Below are positions 29,945 through 40,113 of a stretch of DNA of 64,000 nucleotides, one piece after another. The position numbers were made by a program, and so were the translations under genes. The stretch's first letter is position 1, and each line of letters begins with the position of its first letter. The stretch covers positions 215,340 through 279,339 of IMG/VR virus record IMGVR_UViG_3300044846_005229. One strand, written 5' to 3'. The notes under the pieces are model-generated. The model made no database searches, had not been told where the DNA came from, and saw only the letters and a list, made by a program, of their open reading frames with translations.

Positions 29945-30709
29945 TCAACTCCCACTGCCAAACCCTCGACCGCCCCCACCGAATCCGCTCCGGGCAGATG
30001 CTGACCGAGACGACGTAAACGATGAGCGTCCATAACCTCCCACAGAGCCCCTAATCGATGCACTACGGGCAGATGGCACATAGTTGCTGCTTAAGGCCAA
30101 AGATCGCCCACTAGATGGGTTGGCGCGAATGTAGGAGGTTCGCATTCCTTCCGTCAGGGAATTGGATCTGATTCCGGAGAACCCATACGAGTAATAATAA
30201 GGAGTCGGATACCAACCGCCAAGAACAACAACTGAGGTTCGATCATAATCGTCGTCCTGATTATCAAAGACCGATGGCCCCGCAACTACGGCTCGCTCCT
30301 TAAGCTCATCAGCAGTAAGGGGCCGCTCGTTGATATAGCCTTCTTCATCTTCGTATTCTGCTGTTTTTTGATCGTAGCCTTGGAGATATACAGGGCGACT
30401 ATTCGCCATGAAACCAACCATTTTAGGCAACCAAACTGTGGCACCGTCTAAAGTTACTTCGGAACATTCCTGATGACCTGCCGTCTTGCAATTAGCAGTG
30501 CTGGGGTAGCGAGGTGCCTTGAGCAGGTGGCTAAATGCTGCCCGATCATAATGCTGCTTGCAATCTTTGGTTCCAAACTTTTCACATTCTTCTATAGTTG
30601 AAAAAATCTTCTGACCTTCCAAGCTGGGTTGGGGTTTGGAGCAAGCTGTCAATGTGATGGCCGTCATGGATGCAATGAGGACCAAAGAGATGGATTGTGT
30701 GTGTTTCAT
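29945..30709 (-). CDS. DUF1190/YgiB-like lipoprotein
   Basis: lipobox LTAC, Cys pattern, APRY, W.PKMVGF, C-terminal RSGFGGGG; upstream of GSP synthase. Confidence 0.8.
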   Translation of the reverse strand: MKHTQSISLVLIASMTAITLTACSKPQPSLEGQKIFSTIEECEKFGTKDCKQHYDRAAFSHLLKAPRYPSTANCKTAGHQECSEVTLDGATVWLPKMVGFMANSRPVYLQGYDQKTAEYEDEEGYINERPLTADELKERAVVAGPSVFDNQDDDYDRTSVVVLGGWYPTPYYYSYGFSGIRSNSLTEGMRTSYIRANPSSGRSLALSSNYVPSARSASIRGSVGGYGRSSFTSSRSASARSGFGGGGRGFGSGS

Positions 30710-32279
30710 TGGTGGTGTTTGGACTTTGTATGTATGGTAAGGCCTATAGGGGGTTTAGAAACCCATTGAAGTTAGGCGCTAAACCAGCAAGTACCACCAT
30801 GGCGAAACTCAGCTTGAATCTGCTTGTAGGTGCAGCGTTTATTGTCCGCAGGACTAACCCTTGACAACCCTTCAGGAAGCTCCGTATACTCGGAGAGAAG
30901 TTTGACTTCAATGTCTTTGGTACTAATGTCAGGAATCATCTTGGTTTTAATGTCAGGAATTGCTTTTTGGACAAGCTTTTTTTAAAGCCATGATGGCGGA
31001 AAGGGTGTTTCGAACTTCAGTCGGGGTTCTGCACCACCCTAAAGCATTGGAAACTTGTTTGCGGCTGGAGCATAACTCTTCGGCCCAAAATCTAAACAGT
31101 TCGGCATCTTTGTCATCGTTGGGGGCATCCATATTTAGTCTTTGTGTCCTGAATCTGCATTCCGCTCAAAACCCGAAGCAATAGATCTGATATAACTTTG
31201 AGTCTTCTCAGTCACACCAAAATTACAGATGTTTGGAGGGGCACCTGCCGCCCAGCGTGCAATCAGTTCGTCTTCCAATTCCGGGGTGTGGCGTGAGCGG
31301 GTACGCAAGTACCAAACATCATGAGCACAATTCACGGAAACACCAAGTTCGGTTGCTAGGTCTCTCATGTATTGCTCCAACTCCTCGTAGTATTCGTTGA
31401 GAATGTCCTCGTCAAATACGGTGGAAGCTTCGTTGGAGATTTGCTCAGGTGTCATTTTGCGGTTGGGTGATGATTGGTTAGCTGAAGGTATCGTATTGGT
31501 TTTGGCCTAAAGGGTCAAGGTTCGGGAACCCCGCCTTCAACATTGTTTGGCGTACTTTCCTTCGGTATGAACTTTGGTTTTGATTCCAGAATAGACGGGC
31601 ATATAGATTTGTCCACCGATGAAACCCAATCTAAAATAGTTCCTAACTAGAAAATTTTCAAAGTTTGTTTCTGTTAGGGACGTAACTTGGTGCATTGTTT
31701 CCAAGGTGCTGCATTGGGTTTGAAGCCGTGTGTTTTGGCACCGGAGTTCCTGGTTAAGGTCGTCCCAATTCAAAAGATAAGGTTTCGTGTGCTTCATGAC
31801 TGATTGCCACGGGAGATTCTCGCAAGGATTGCCTTACCGATTTATTGCCAAATAGTTAAGGGTTTCGGTGGCTAGGGTACCCATTGGTTTTGGGCTTTGC
31901 AGTTCCAGTCAAAATTTTGATAAGGGGGGAGGTTAACTTCTATGCAATAGGCCCCGCAAAGGTTGCAAAACCTCCATTTATCTTGTAATTCTCGGGAGCT
32001 AAAGTCACCAGGGGTGCTGTGGCCGCATGTAGAGCAGTTTTTGATTGGGAGTTCGCTCATTGTTCTTAGTGTGGGGAATCGAATGCGGGACTTTGATTGG
32101 CCCTGATGGTCTGTGGCGGGGTAAATTCTTAGCGCCTTAACTTAGCTACTATAGGTTGTTTTCTCCGGGGTTACCAGGGCGGTTATCCCTACTAAAAGGG
32201 ACGGTAATTACACCATCGGAAGGGGGGAGCACCCTGCCGCATGGGGGACGAACCCTGTGCATCATCACCGATAAGGCAA

Positions 32280-32738
32280 TCAAAGCCCTAGAAGTTTACG
32301 ATCTTCGGGGTCGAGTTTTGAAAGGGCAGCTTGTCGTTTACGGTGGTTTTCTTCTACTTCAAGACGAGAGCGTCTAATGTACTCAATCACTGAGAAGGCA
32401 TTATCGATTTCGTATACTAAATTACAGTAGTCAGAGTAAGAGTAGCTATCTTGATACAACGCAAGATTAAGGCTGTTACCTGAGAGGCTGAAGTTTGAAT
32501 TATGGATGGTAAGTTTGAATATATTGGGTTCCGGTTGTTTTAGGGTATAATCAATGACCTCTTTATCTAGTTCTGAGAGCAAATTAAGGATAATACCAGG
32601 AAAAGCATGGAAGTAGGAATCCATTTCCTTCTTTTGAATCTGAGCAGCGGCGGCCTTTAATTCAGCTTCTTTTTCCAGACGTTGCTGCTTGCGGAGAGCT
32701 TTTTCTTCGTCGGATAGTGGTTGCTTGGGGCTTGGCAT
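32280..32738 (-). CDS. hypothetical protein (ALSKLDPEDRKLLGL-tail family)
   Basis: shares C-terminal motif with 33322 and 33742 ORFs. Confidence 0.75.
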   Translation of the reverse strand: MPSPKQPLSDEEKALRKQQRLEKEAELKAAAAQIQKKEMDSYFHAFPGIILNLLSELDKEVIDYTLKQPEPNIFKLTIHNSNFSLSGNSLNLALYQDSYSYSDYCNLVYEIDNAFSVIEYIRRSRLEVEENHRKRQAALSKLDPEDRKLLGL

Positions 32739-32764
32739 AGTCTGCTTAGGGTTTGGGGTCGGGG

Positions 32765-32859
32765 GTGTTGGTGCTATTATAGGTCGTTTACTTTCGGGTG
32801 TGGGTGCGGATTCCCGTACAAAAAGGTTCGGTAATTACACCATCGGGAGCCGAAGTCAA
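32765..32859. repeat. intergenic promoter-cassette repeat, copy 2
   Basis: runs from stop codon of upstream gene to TATAAT box. Confidence 0.92.
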
Positions 32860-33209
32860 AACCCTGGTAGGCCACATTCCTTAAGCCAACCATCATACCA
32901 AATCTGAGCCGAACCACGGATCACTTCGTCAACCATGTCCGTCAGGATCCACTCTTGGCTTGAATGAAATGGTGCGCTTCTTAGATGCACATACCGGTGA
33001 CCTGCCCAGTAGTCTAGAAACGTCCGGTCTTCGTTCGGGAAGATATCAAAAAGTAGCTGACTCATGAGCGGACGCTTATCGATGCCTCGACTCATTTTGT
33101 CAAGCGTAACTTTGACGGCCGCTAGTTGGTCTTTGGTAAGGGTGTTTTTCGGGATTGCATCAAGGTTGACTTTTCCGGTAGGGGTCGTTGCTAGTGGATG
33201 ATAAGGCAT
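32856..33209 (-). CDS. hypothetical protein flanked by direct repeats
   Basis: 117 aa ORF between repeat copies 2 and 3. Confidence 0.75.
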   Translation of the reverse strand: MPYHPLATTPTGKVNLDAIPKNTLTKDQLAAVKVTLDKMSRGIDKRPLMSQLLFDIFPNEDRTFLDYWAGHRYVHLRSAPFHSSQEWILTDMVDEVIRGSAQIWYDGWLKECGLPGF

Positions 33210-33230
33210 TGGCTCGGGGGTATGACGGGA

Positions 33231-33325
33231 GTGTTGGTACTATTATAGGTCGTTTACTTTCGGGTGTGGGTGTGGATTCCCGTACTTTTAGGTTCGGTAA
33301 TTACGCCATCGGGAGCCGAAGTCAA
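33231..33325. repeat. intergenic promoter-cassette repeat, copy 3
   Basis: near-identical to 32765-32859. Confidence 0.92.
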
Positions 33326-33690
33326 CGAATCCCAAGTGCGTCCCTTTGCTCAGGAGTCAACGCTTCCTTTGCTACCCTCCTTGCTTCCGCCTTAACTTTT
33401 TCCGCTTCCTTTTGTTTTCGGTGGCTTTCACGCCGCTTCTCATATTCCTCGTCGGTCTCCTCTCTAATTTTGTAATACTTAGTTTCACACATTGCGTACT
33501 CATGGCCGTAGTCGTTATCGATCCACTTTTCGCTATCTATGTGGGTGAAACCCTCGTTTAAGATATCTTGAAGATACGCAATAACTGCTGAAATTTCCCT
33601 ACTGAAAACATCAGTGGCATTATCCGTGTATTGCTCTTTTTTAGACTGCATTTTGTAGTCAGTTACAGTTAGCCTTTTGAGTTTTGCCAT
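33322..33690 (-). CDS. hypothetical protein, paralog of 33742-34101
   Basis: EGFTHID...REETDEEY...LTPEQRDALGI. Confidence 0.8.
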   Translation of the reverse strand: MAKLKRLTVTDYKMQSKKEQYTDNATDVFSREISAVIAYLQDILNEGFTHIDSEKWIDNDYGHEYAMCETKYYKIREETDEEYEKRRESHRKQKEAEKVKAEARRVAKEALTPEQRDALGIR

Positions 33691-33741
33691 TTTGCCTTTG
33701 TTTTTGTTTTCAAAAGAACTTTAAAGGAATGCCATAACAGA

Positions 33742-34101
33742 TTATTGACTAATACCCAAAGCCTCTCTTTGCTCCTGAGATAGTCCCGCAATAGTCACCC
33801 TCCGTCTTTCCGCTTTTTCTTCCCTTTCTAATTCAACTTTCAGTCGTGCCTGATACTCTGCGTCAGTTTCCTCTCTTTCTTTGAAATAGGAAAGATAAGC
33901 TGTACCGAGTCCATCCCATCCAGAGATGTCTACGTCTAAGGTCGTAAAACCTTCATCTATGAGAGACTCGATATAGTCCGCAAGTTCCCTTAGGTTTCTA
34001 GGGAGGTACCTCAAGTCATCTTCAAGTTTTTCTTGTCTGTGGATGTTGTGGGTGAATAACCCTAACTTGTATTCTTTAATTAGTTTCTTTGTTTTTTCCA
34101 T
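33742..34101 (-). CDS. hypothetical protein, paralog of 33322-33690
   Basis: EGFTTLD...REETDAEY...LSQEQREALGI. Confidence 0.8.
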   Translation of the reverse strand: MEKTKKLIKEYKLGLFTHNIHRQEKLEDDLRYLPRNLRELADYIESLIDEGFTTLDVDISGWDGLGTAYLSYFKEREETDAEYQARLKVELEREEKAERRRVTIAGLSQEQREALGISQ

Positions 34102-34319
34102 TTTGGTTTAGTGATTTGTTGTGTAGGGAGCCTATCCCTTTGTGTCCCAACCAGTGTAAAGCACCCTGTACATGACTTAATGGGAACCTAGTGGCATGCA
34201 ACTTTAAGCAACCAAATGGAATGGACGATGCCAAACACAAATGCCACGCCAATTAGTCCACTGACCCAACCAACTCTGCGCCCATGTTCGTGAATTTTGG
34301 TGTCCGCTGGGGTTGGCAA

Positions 34320-34574
34320 TTAGCATCTCATGATGGGACCATTTTGTGGGGGCCTTTGAGCAGGGTTTGTTGGCGGGACAGGCACTGAAGACCCTGAGTG
34401 AATCTCATTCAAGGCACCCTGAGCCTCAGGACCCCCAAAGCTCGGGTCAATCTCATGGTAGAAAACCATGTTGAGGTGGTTGCGGATAACTTGGATTTGG
34501 TCCGGAGTAAGAGATTCAGGGTTCCCAAGTTCAAAGAGCCCTTGTAGCCAATAGCAAAAGTTGCGGGATGTCAT
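34320..34574 (-). CDS. FCxWLQG-family small protein
   Basis: MTSRNFCYWLQGLFE...GPIMRC*. Confidence 0.8.
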   Translation of the reverse strand: MTSRNFCYWLQGLFELGNPESLTPDQIQVIRNHLNMVFYHEIDPSFGGPEAQGALNEIHSGSSVPVPPTNPAQRPPQNGPIMRC

Positions 34575-34590
34575 TTTGGTTGCGGGAAGG

Positions 34591-34683
34591 TTAATGGTTG
34601 GTGTAGCAGTTGAGACCAAGGGATTTAGGGTCATCAAGTTCAAAGAGTCTTTGAAGCCAGTAGCAAAAGTTATGGGATGTCAT
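34591..34683 (-). CDS. truncated FCxWLQG-family mini-ORF
   Basis: own translation MTSHNFCYWLQRLFELDDPKSLGLNCYTNH*; nucleotide duplicate of the start of 34320-34574. Confidence 0.6.
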   Translation of the reverse strand: MTSHNFCYWLQRLFELDDPKSLGLNCYTNH

Positions 34684-35069
34684 TTTGGTTTTGGTGGTTG
34701 ACGGCCACCAAGGGATTCAACTTGCCCTGACATACCTGTGGGCCCCAGTGAGCTGCTCCCTCTAACGACCCTCCATGTGGTTGTACCATCGGGTTGTCGC
34801 TGCTCGATCTGAATGGCTTGATCTGGGTCAAACCCGTGCTTGGCTATGAATGCTTGAAGAACCTCTTCGCGCTGAGATAGGATTGGGTTTACTATGTTTT
34901 GTAAACTGTTGTGAAACTCTTGTAGTTCCTTATTGTCTGGGCTCTTCCTCGGTACCCCATACGACCCGGCCACGGCGGCGATGACTTCAGCTTGGTCTGA
35001 GTTGAGTTCAATTCCTGTTATACTGAGGATGTAGCCTTGCAGCCAGTGGCAAAAGTCGCGTGATTGCAT
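34680..35069 (-). CDS. FCxWLQG-family protein
   Basis: MQSRDFCHWLQGYIL. Confidence 0.75.
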   Translation of the reverse strand: MQSRDFCHWLQGYILSITGIELNSDQAEVIAAVAGSYGVPRKSPDNKELQEFHNSLQNIVNPILSQREEVLQAFIAKHGFDPDQAIQIEQRQPDGTTTWRVVRGSSSLGPTGMSGQVESLGGRQPPKPK

Positions 35070-35120
35070 TGTCGTGTTTAGATTGAGTGTGAATTTCAAT
35101 AGGATTATATTCGGGTCCAG

Positions 35121-35312
35121 TCAGCAGCGGGCGATCTCGCCGTTCGGGAATGTCGGTTGGTGCCACCCTGGTTTAGTTGGCTCTGGGCCTTGAACCAAGT
35201 GGACTTTTTCAAGATTGTTGCGGACCCTGTCAATTTGGTCTTGGTTAAGTTCGGTTCCAGTAACGCCTAGGATGTAGCCTTGAAGCCATGTTACAAAGTC
35301 AGTTTTGTTCAT
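35121..35312 (-). CDS. FCxWLQG-family small protein
   Basis: MNKTDFVTWLQGYIL...GEIARC*. Confidence 0.75.
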   Translation of the reverse strand: MNKTDFVTWLQGYILGVTGTELNQDQIDRVRNNLEKVHLVQGPEPTKPGWHQPTFPNGEIARC

Positions 35313-35332
35313 TTTGTGAGTGGGGAGTGAAA

Positions 35333-36271
35333 TTAAGAGCAGTAGAGGGGCCAATTATCGTTGCTGCGGGAATTTTCTTCGTAGTCAATAGCACCCTGAA
35401 CAACAGAGAGGAGAATCTTGTGCCCATCAACATCAATATTCTGACTACCCTCGTGACCTCCGGGGGTCCACAGTTTTCGGGTCCTATCCATGAAGGTGCC
35501 AATAAAGATTCCCTTTAGGCAATCAGAAAGAAATTCCCTTAAGTTGTGCAGTCTTTCATCAACTTCGAGAATTTTTCCTGTCGCGATACTAAACGCAATA
35601 TCATTGATATTAACTGAAGAGGCACTCTCATAACTATCAAATGCCCCGATCAAGATTTGTTCTGTGAAAGACCCTGCTGAATCTAAAGCGTATTTGATTT
35701 TGTTAAGCCCTAGGGCAGGATAGCTCACGGGGGTTGATTCACCTTCACTATCAGACATCGATAATCTACATTTTAGTTTATCAATGATGTCTCCGAGGTG
35801 TTCTAGGCAATCACCGTATGAGTATGACTTTGAGTCCATATAGTTGTACATTGTGAATTTAATAAGAATCTCATCTACGACATCCTTACGCATCATTGTA
35901 AATTTAACCGGGATCTTGCGTGGAGAACCTACAAAGAGTCTATCCTCATGACAAGCCTCAAAGAATTTGTCAATGTTAAAGTCGTCTCGCTTAACGGCAA
36001 TGTCGTGGTATCTATTGTCACGGACTTCTAACTCTACTAAGTTTTCACGGAGAGCGTCCAAAATGTATGGTAAACCCACCCCAGAGGAGTTCTCTCCGCC
36101 GCCATAATCATCGTATTCGCTGTAAAAGGGAAGAAGGCAAGGTTTGAAAAGACATGTTGAATAGCAGTAGTCGCTTTTATCGACTTTTTCCTCCAACACA
36201 AACACATAGACCGGTTGCCCAACGTAGATGTGAAGGTTGGAGATTCCGCAAGTTTTGTTCCAGCAGCCCAT
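35333..36271 (-). CDS. conserved phage hypothetical protein
   Basis: MGCWNKTCGISNLHI...YDDYG motif. Confidence 0.8.
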   Translation of the reverse strand: MGCWNKTCGISNLHIYVGQPVYVFVLEEKVDKSDYCYSTCLFKPCLLPFYSEYDDYGGGENSSGVGLPYILDALRENLVELEVRDNRYHDIAVKRDDFNIDKFFEACHEDRLFVGSPRKIPVKFTMMRKDVVDEILIKFTMYNYMDSKSYSYGDCLEHLGDIIDKLKCRLSMSDSEGESTPVSYPALGLNKIKYALDSAGSFTEQILIGAFDSYESASSVNINDIAFSIATGKILEVDERLHNLREFLSDCLKGIFIGTFMDRTRKLWTPGGHEGSQNIDVDGHKILLSVVQGAIDYEENSRSNDNWPLYCS

Positions 36272-36336
36272 TTTGAAGTTGTTTTGGTTTTAGTATTGGT
36301 TTTAGTTGAAGGTAATAGATGATGGTCGCAGGGCAA

Positions 36337-36672
36337 TTAGCAATTTATTGCCGGGGGCCACAACCTACCGGGTCCCTCTGGCTGATAGTGAGGGTAGCGA
36401 CCAGGAATGGGGGGACCTTCGTAGGTCCATTTTTGGTGTTCCCACAACTTTTTCAAAATCTCATCAGGGAGTTGCCGACCGATATCGGTGGTTGGGTCAA
36501 CCTCAGGCCGCTCTGTCAGTATAGCACGGTCAGAGTCAGGCTCAGGGTGGGTGAAAACCGTATCGAGCTTTGTCTTTAGAGTAGTTAGTTGCTCCGGGCT
36601 TAGGCTGGTACCGCAACCTTCGAGAAAGCCCTGTAGCCAAATGCAGAATGTTGCTGGTGTTTGTGTGGTCAT
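36337..36672 (-). CDS. FCxWLQG-family protein
   Basis: TPATFCIWLQGFLE...PAINC*. Confidence 0.8.
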   Translation of the reverse strand: MTTQTPATFCIWLQGFLEGCGTSLSPEQLTTLKTKLDTVFTHPEPDSDRAILTERPEVDPTTDIGRQLPDEILKKLWEHQKWTYEGPPIPGRYPHYQPEGPGRLWPPAINC

Positions 36673-38692
36673 TGTGTTGTGATGTCCGGGAATTTAAAGA
36701 CGTTTTTGGAATCCATACGGATAGATTTCAGAAATTTACAATGCTTTACATATTCAATATCGAAGCTAGTTGCGTAAGCATCAATATCATTTTGATCGGC
36801 CACAAGGAGCCAACCTTCCGGGTCTATAATCCCCTTTCGTAGAGCAGCTAACCTCCACCATAGGGATGGGTGTTTTGCCATGGACATCGCCCAATGGTAT
36901 TTAATGAAGTATTCACCTTCTTCGAGACTAATTTTTTCAACTCTACCGAAACCGCCAACTGTTTTGCTACGGTCACCGACCGTAATAGAAAATGTATTTT
37001 GTGGTTCTCCGTGGGAGATGTTGTCATAGGTCAAAAAGCCAACCCCGAAGCAAGGGTTCTTAAAGTCCATAGGGCAACCTTCTGTAGTTGAAGCTAAAAC
37101 ATAGTCATCAATTTCTGGTATGGTTGTGCCTACGAGGTGTTCGTGATTCCAACTTACAGTTATCTTTTTGGCTTGATTGAGGGTTAATTTTCCTTTTTCA
37201 ATCGCACCCACTAGCTCTATTGGGAGTGAGTCAATCATTGTGGGTTCGGTCCGGGCCCCGGCCATGTAATTACTTTGCAGTTTTTGAAGCAATCTGGGTA
37301 GTTGGCCTGCATGAATTCATATGTTTTGAGACCTATGAGTAATGGTGTTCGTTCCCTAGGCATTAATGCGTGTCTTAGGATGTCCTCTTTAAGTTTTTCG
37401 AGGTCTTTGATGGGGTCTCTTTTCGGTTGTTCCCAGCTTTGATGGTTCTTACTCATTGTCAATCATTGTCAGATTGAGTGTGATTTGTTATTTGCCACAG
37501 TCAACGGTAACCTACAGCAATGTAGTCTTTCATATGCGACTCAGGGATTTCTTTTGTGGCACCATCGGCGTAAAACATGCGCTCTGCAACGAACCAACTA
37601 CCAGTGTACATTCGCGGACTTGAACGGTAAATGTGGTACAAGTTCCCGTCTCGCAGATTGCGAAAGATTGTCTCGGTACGATCACCAGACTTTCGATCTA
37701 ATTCGAAACCGAAACCTTGTTCAACCAATTGCTTGAGGGTGACTTTTAACATTTTTGATTTATTGAGGAGTTGGAAAGGTTACAATGACCCTGTCACGAC
37801 TGCTAGAATGTCTTCTTCACTTCCAAATGGGCACTTACCGTTAGCGTAAACGGAAATACGATTGTAACCTTTGTAATCATTTCTATAAGAAATTTGCCAC
37901 AAGTCACCATCCCAGCTTACCTCGTGAACGGTAATAATCCTATTGTCTCGAAGAATTAGGCGGTCCCCTGGCTTGACGATGTGGCCGTCAATGGTTACGG
38001 GGGGTGTCTGAGGTAGTCTTTTTATGTGTGTTTGCTGACATTTCGGTTGGAATCAATGCTACAACACGACGAAGCAAAGCAACCTGTTCAGAGCTGAGTC
38101 CTGTATCTCCGTCATCTAAGACGGTTGGCAGGATTTGGTTAAGTAATGCCGCTCTTTCTCGCTTCAGGGCCAGCTTAGGGTCGGGCACCCAGTCGGGGGT
38201 GTGGAGCCAAGGCAACAGGTCTGGCCTGTTTCCGTAATTCTTGAGTGCTCCGGCGTGGTTTGAAGCAACGGACGTCCAGTGCGTGTTTCTCCAGTATCCG
38301 TATTCAAGAATCTGCACCTGCCCTCGCTGGTCCCCATCCGCCTCAGTCGGTGGCGCGTTCCGGATACCATCGGTCGGCATTTGGTATTTCAATGCTTCGG
38401 CTGCCTGGGCAGCACCCCACCGGGCCCAGAAGGTTGCAGATTGAAGCTCATTGCCGTATGTTCTTGCGACATAGTTGACAAAATTCTCGGAAGCAGTGAT
38501 GCTGTTTGGATTGAATGCCATGATTGTTTTTAGATGGGCGAGGAATGGTGACAAAGCAACTATACTGCCTTCGCCCCGCAGAAACAAGCCGGGGAACCGA
38601 ACCGGGTGGGGCGGTTATCCGACTTTGCCGTGTTGGTAAAAAAGTTTTTTACCATTGCGTTCATACTTTTTGAAATTTTTCGAGTGTTAAAA

Positions 38693-38763
38693 ATCCCCTA
38701 GACAGAATTGAACTGTCGTCTCTCGCTTACAAGGCGAGTGCATCACCACAATGCTTTAGGGGC
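38693..38763 (-). tRNA. trnT: tRNA-Thr(TGT)
   Basis: CTCGC-CT-TGT-AA-GCGAG; G1.A72 mismatch. Confidence 0.85.
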
Positions 38764-38773
38764 AAGCGTTTCC

Positions 38774-38801
38774 ATTATAGCATGGCTTGGCAAAAAGTCA
38801 A
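38774..38801 (-). promoter_or_regulatory. sigma70-type promoter for tRNA-Thr
   Basis: TTGACT-16 nt-TATAAT. Confidence 0.75.
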
Positions 38802-38891
38802 TGCCCCCAAAGTCAGGGTGCCGGTTTTGACACCCCGCGCCTCTAGATTACGGACTGTAAGGGCCAATAAACGGGATGCCCCCCCTCTCTC

Positions 38892-39323
38892 CTACACCAC
38901 AACCAAGTTATCACGAACCCAATCAGATGAGTAAGAATACACCTCATCATCAATACCAATAGCAACATAGTCAGGGTGTGAGACCGTGGTATCGCCTTCC
39001 CTTGTTTTAAGGATTACGGTGACCTCAAGGGGGACGGGGACAAATTTGCACAGGGCACTGCGGCGATACATGCCAGAATTAGGCTCAGTTTCTTCCCAGG
39101 AGCCAGGAAAAATATCAACCTTACACGGGTACGGCTGTGACCCATCGACCGGCATCAGTACATAGTCAATGCCTTCGACGGCAGTTAAATCACCCCTTTC
39201 TCGGGGGAAGACTTCGGTACCGACCGTCGGGCGAATGCGGACCAGGGTTTTTCGTCTTGCAGTCAAGGGTTGCCCGAAAGCTGCGATGACTTCGGTTCCG
39301 GTTGTGAATGTAAGGGTTGTCAT
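38892..39323 (-). CDS. hypothetical protein (two-repeat PGDYG-like)
   Basis: T/E.RGD...DYV...G..Y repeated twice. Confidence 0.6.
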   Translation of the reverse strand: MTTLTFTTGTEVIAAFGQPLTARRKTLVRIRPTVGTEVFPRERGDLTAVEGIDYVLMPVDGSQPYPCKVDIFPGSWEETEPNSGMYRRSALCKFVPVPLEVTVILKTREGDTTVSHPDYVAIGIDDEVYSYSSDWVRDNLVVV

Positions 39324-39545
39324 TTTTGATGTTGGTTTGGGTGGTGGGTTTAGGTTTGGAGCTAGACGGTTAGACCCCCGTAGTTTAGCAGGCCACTAGG
39401 GCAAAGTCAAGGGTGGTTCCAGGTCCGTGAGGGAATTTGGAATGGTAACTCTTCGTCAGATTTCCTGGTATGTCGTCCCTCCTGGCAATGAGATACCGCA
39501 TCAACGCATCACAAATTGTGCTAGGGGGAACCAAACTGGGTACAA

Positions 39546-39962
39546 TCAGTTCCGATTGGTCGGAGCAGTCAGGATTGGTAACCCGCCTTGGTTGGGCGCT
39601 ACGAAATAGGTCTTGTTTCCCTTTTCCGCCCCTTCCTCAATGTGTTGAATCTGCAGGAACGTCAAATACTCAGGGTTATCCTTAAGGCTGGCACCAATAA
39701 TTTTATTGGATTCTGCGATACCTTCAGCTTCTTTGATGCGAACTTCTTTCAGCTTTTCGGCACTATCGAGTTTAGCTTGGGCTTCCAAAACTGCTACTTG
39801 GCGCGTATATTCGGCCTTTTGCAACTCGGCTTTTCCTTCCAGGGACTGCTGCCAGACTCCGTATTGGGGAAGTACAAACATTGCGGTCGCAATGATGGCC
39901 GCCAAAAGGAATGCCAGGATGCCAAAAATGACGCCGCCTGAGTAACTGTCTGAGTGCTTCAT
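39546..39962 (-). CDS. membrane-anchored SPFH/prohibitin C-terminal-like protein
   Basis: TM helix, PQYGVWQQ..EGKAEL, AEGIAESNKIIGASL..NPEYL; start reassigned to MKHSD. Confidence 0.7.
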   Translation of the reverse strand: MKHSDSYSGGVIFGILAFLLAAIIATAMFVLPQYGVWQQSLEGKAELQKAEYTRQVAVLEAQAKLDSAEKLKEVRIKEAEGIAESNKIIGASLKDNPEYLTFLQIQHIEEGAEKGNKTYFVAPNQGGLPILTAPTNRN

Positions 39963-40037
39963 GGTGCGATTGGTTGTTGGTGGTTGGTTGTTTGAGGTAG
40001 TGATTTGGCCTAATCGGGGGGGGAACCCGGTAGGCAA

Positions 40038-40113
40038 AGTTCCAGGCCGGATTCGAACCGGCGAAAATGCGAGTTTTGCAGACTCGTGCCTTAGACCACT
40101 TGGCGACTGGAAC
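40038..40113 (-). tRNA. trnC: tRNA-Cys(GCA)
   Basis: CGAGT-CT-GCA-AA-ACTCG, U73. Confidence 0.93.
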
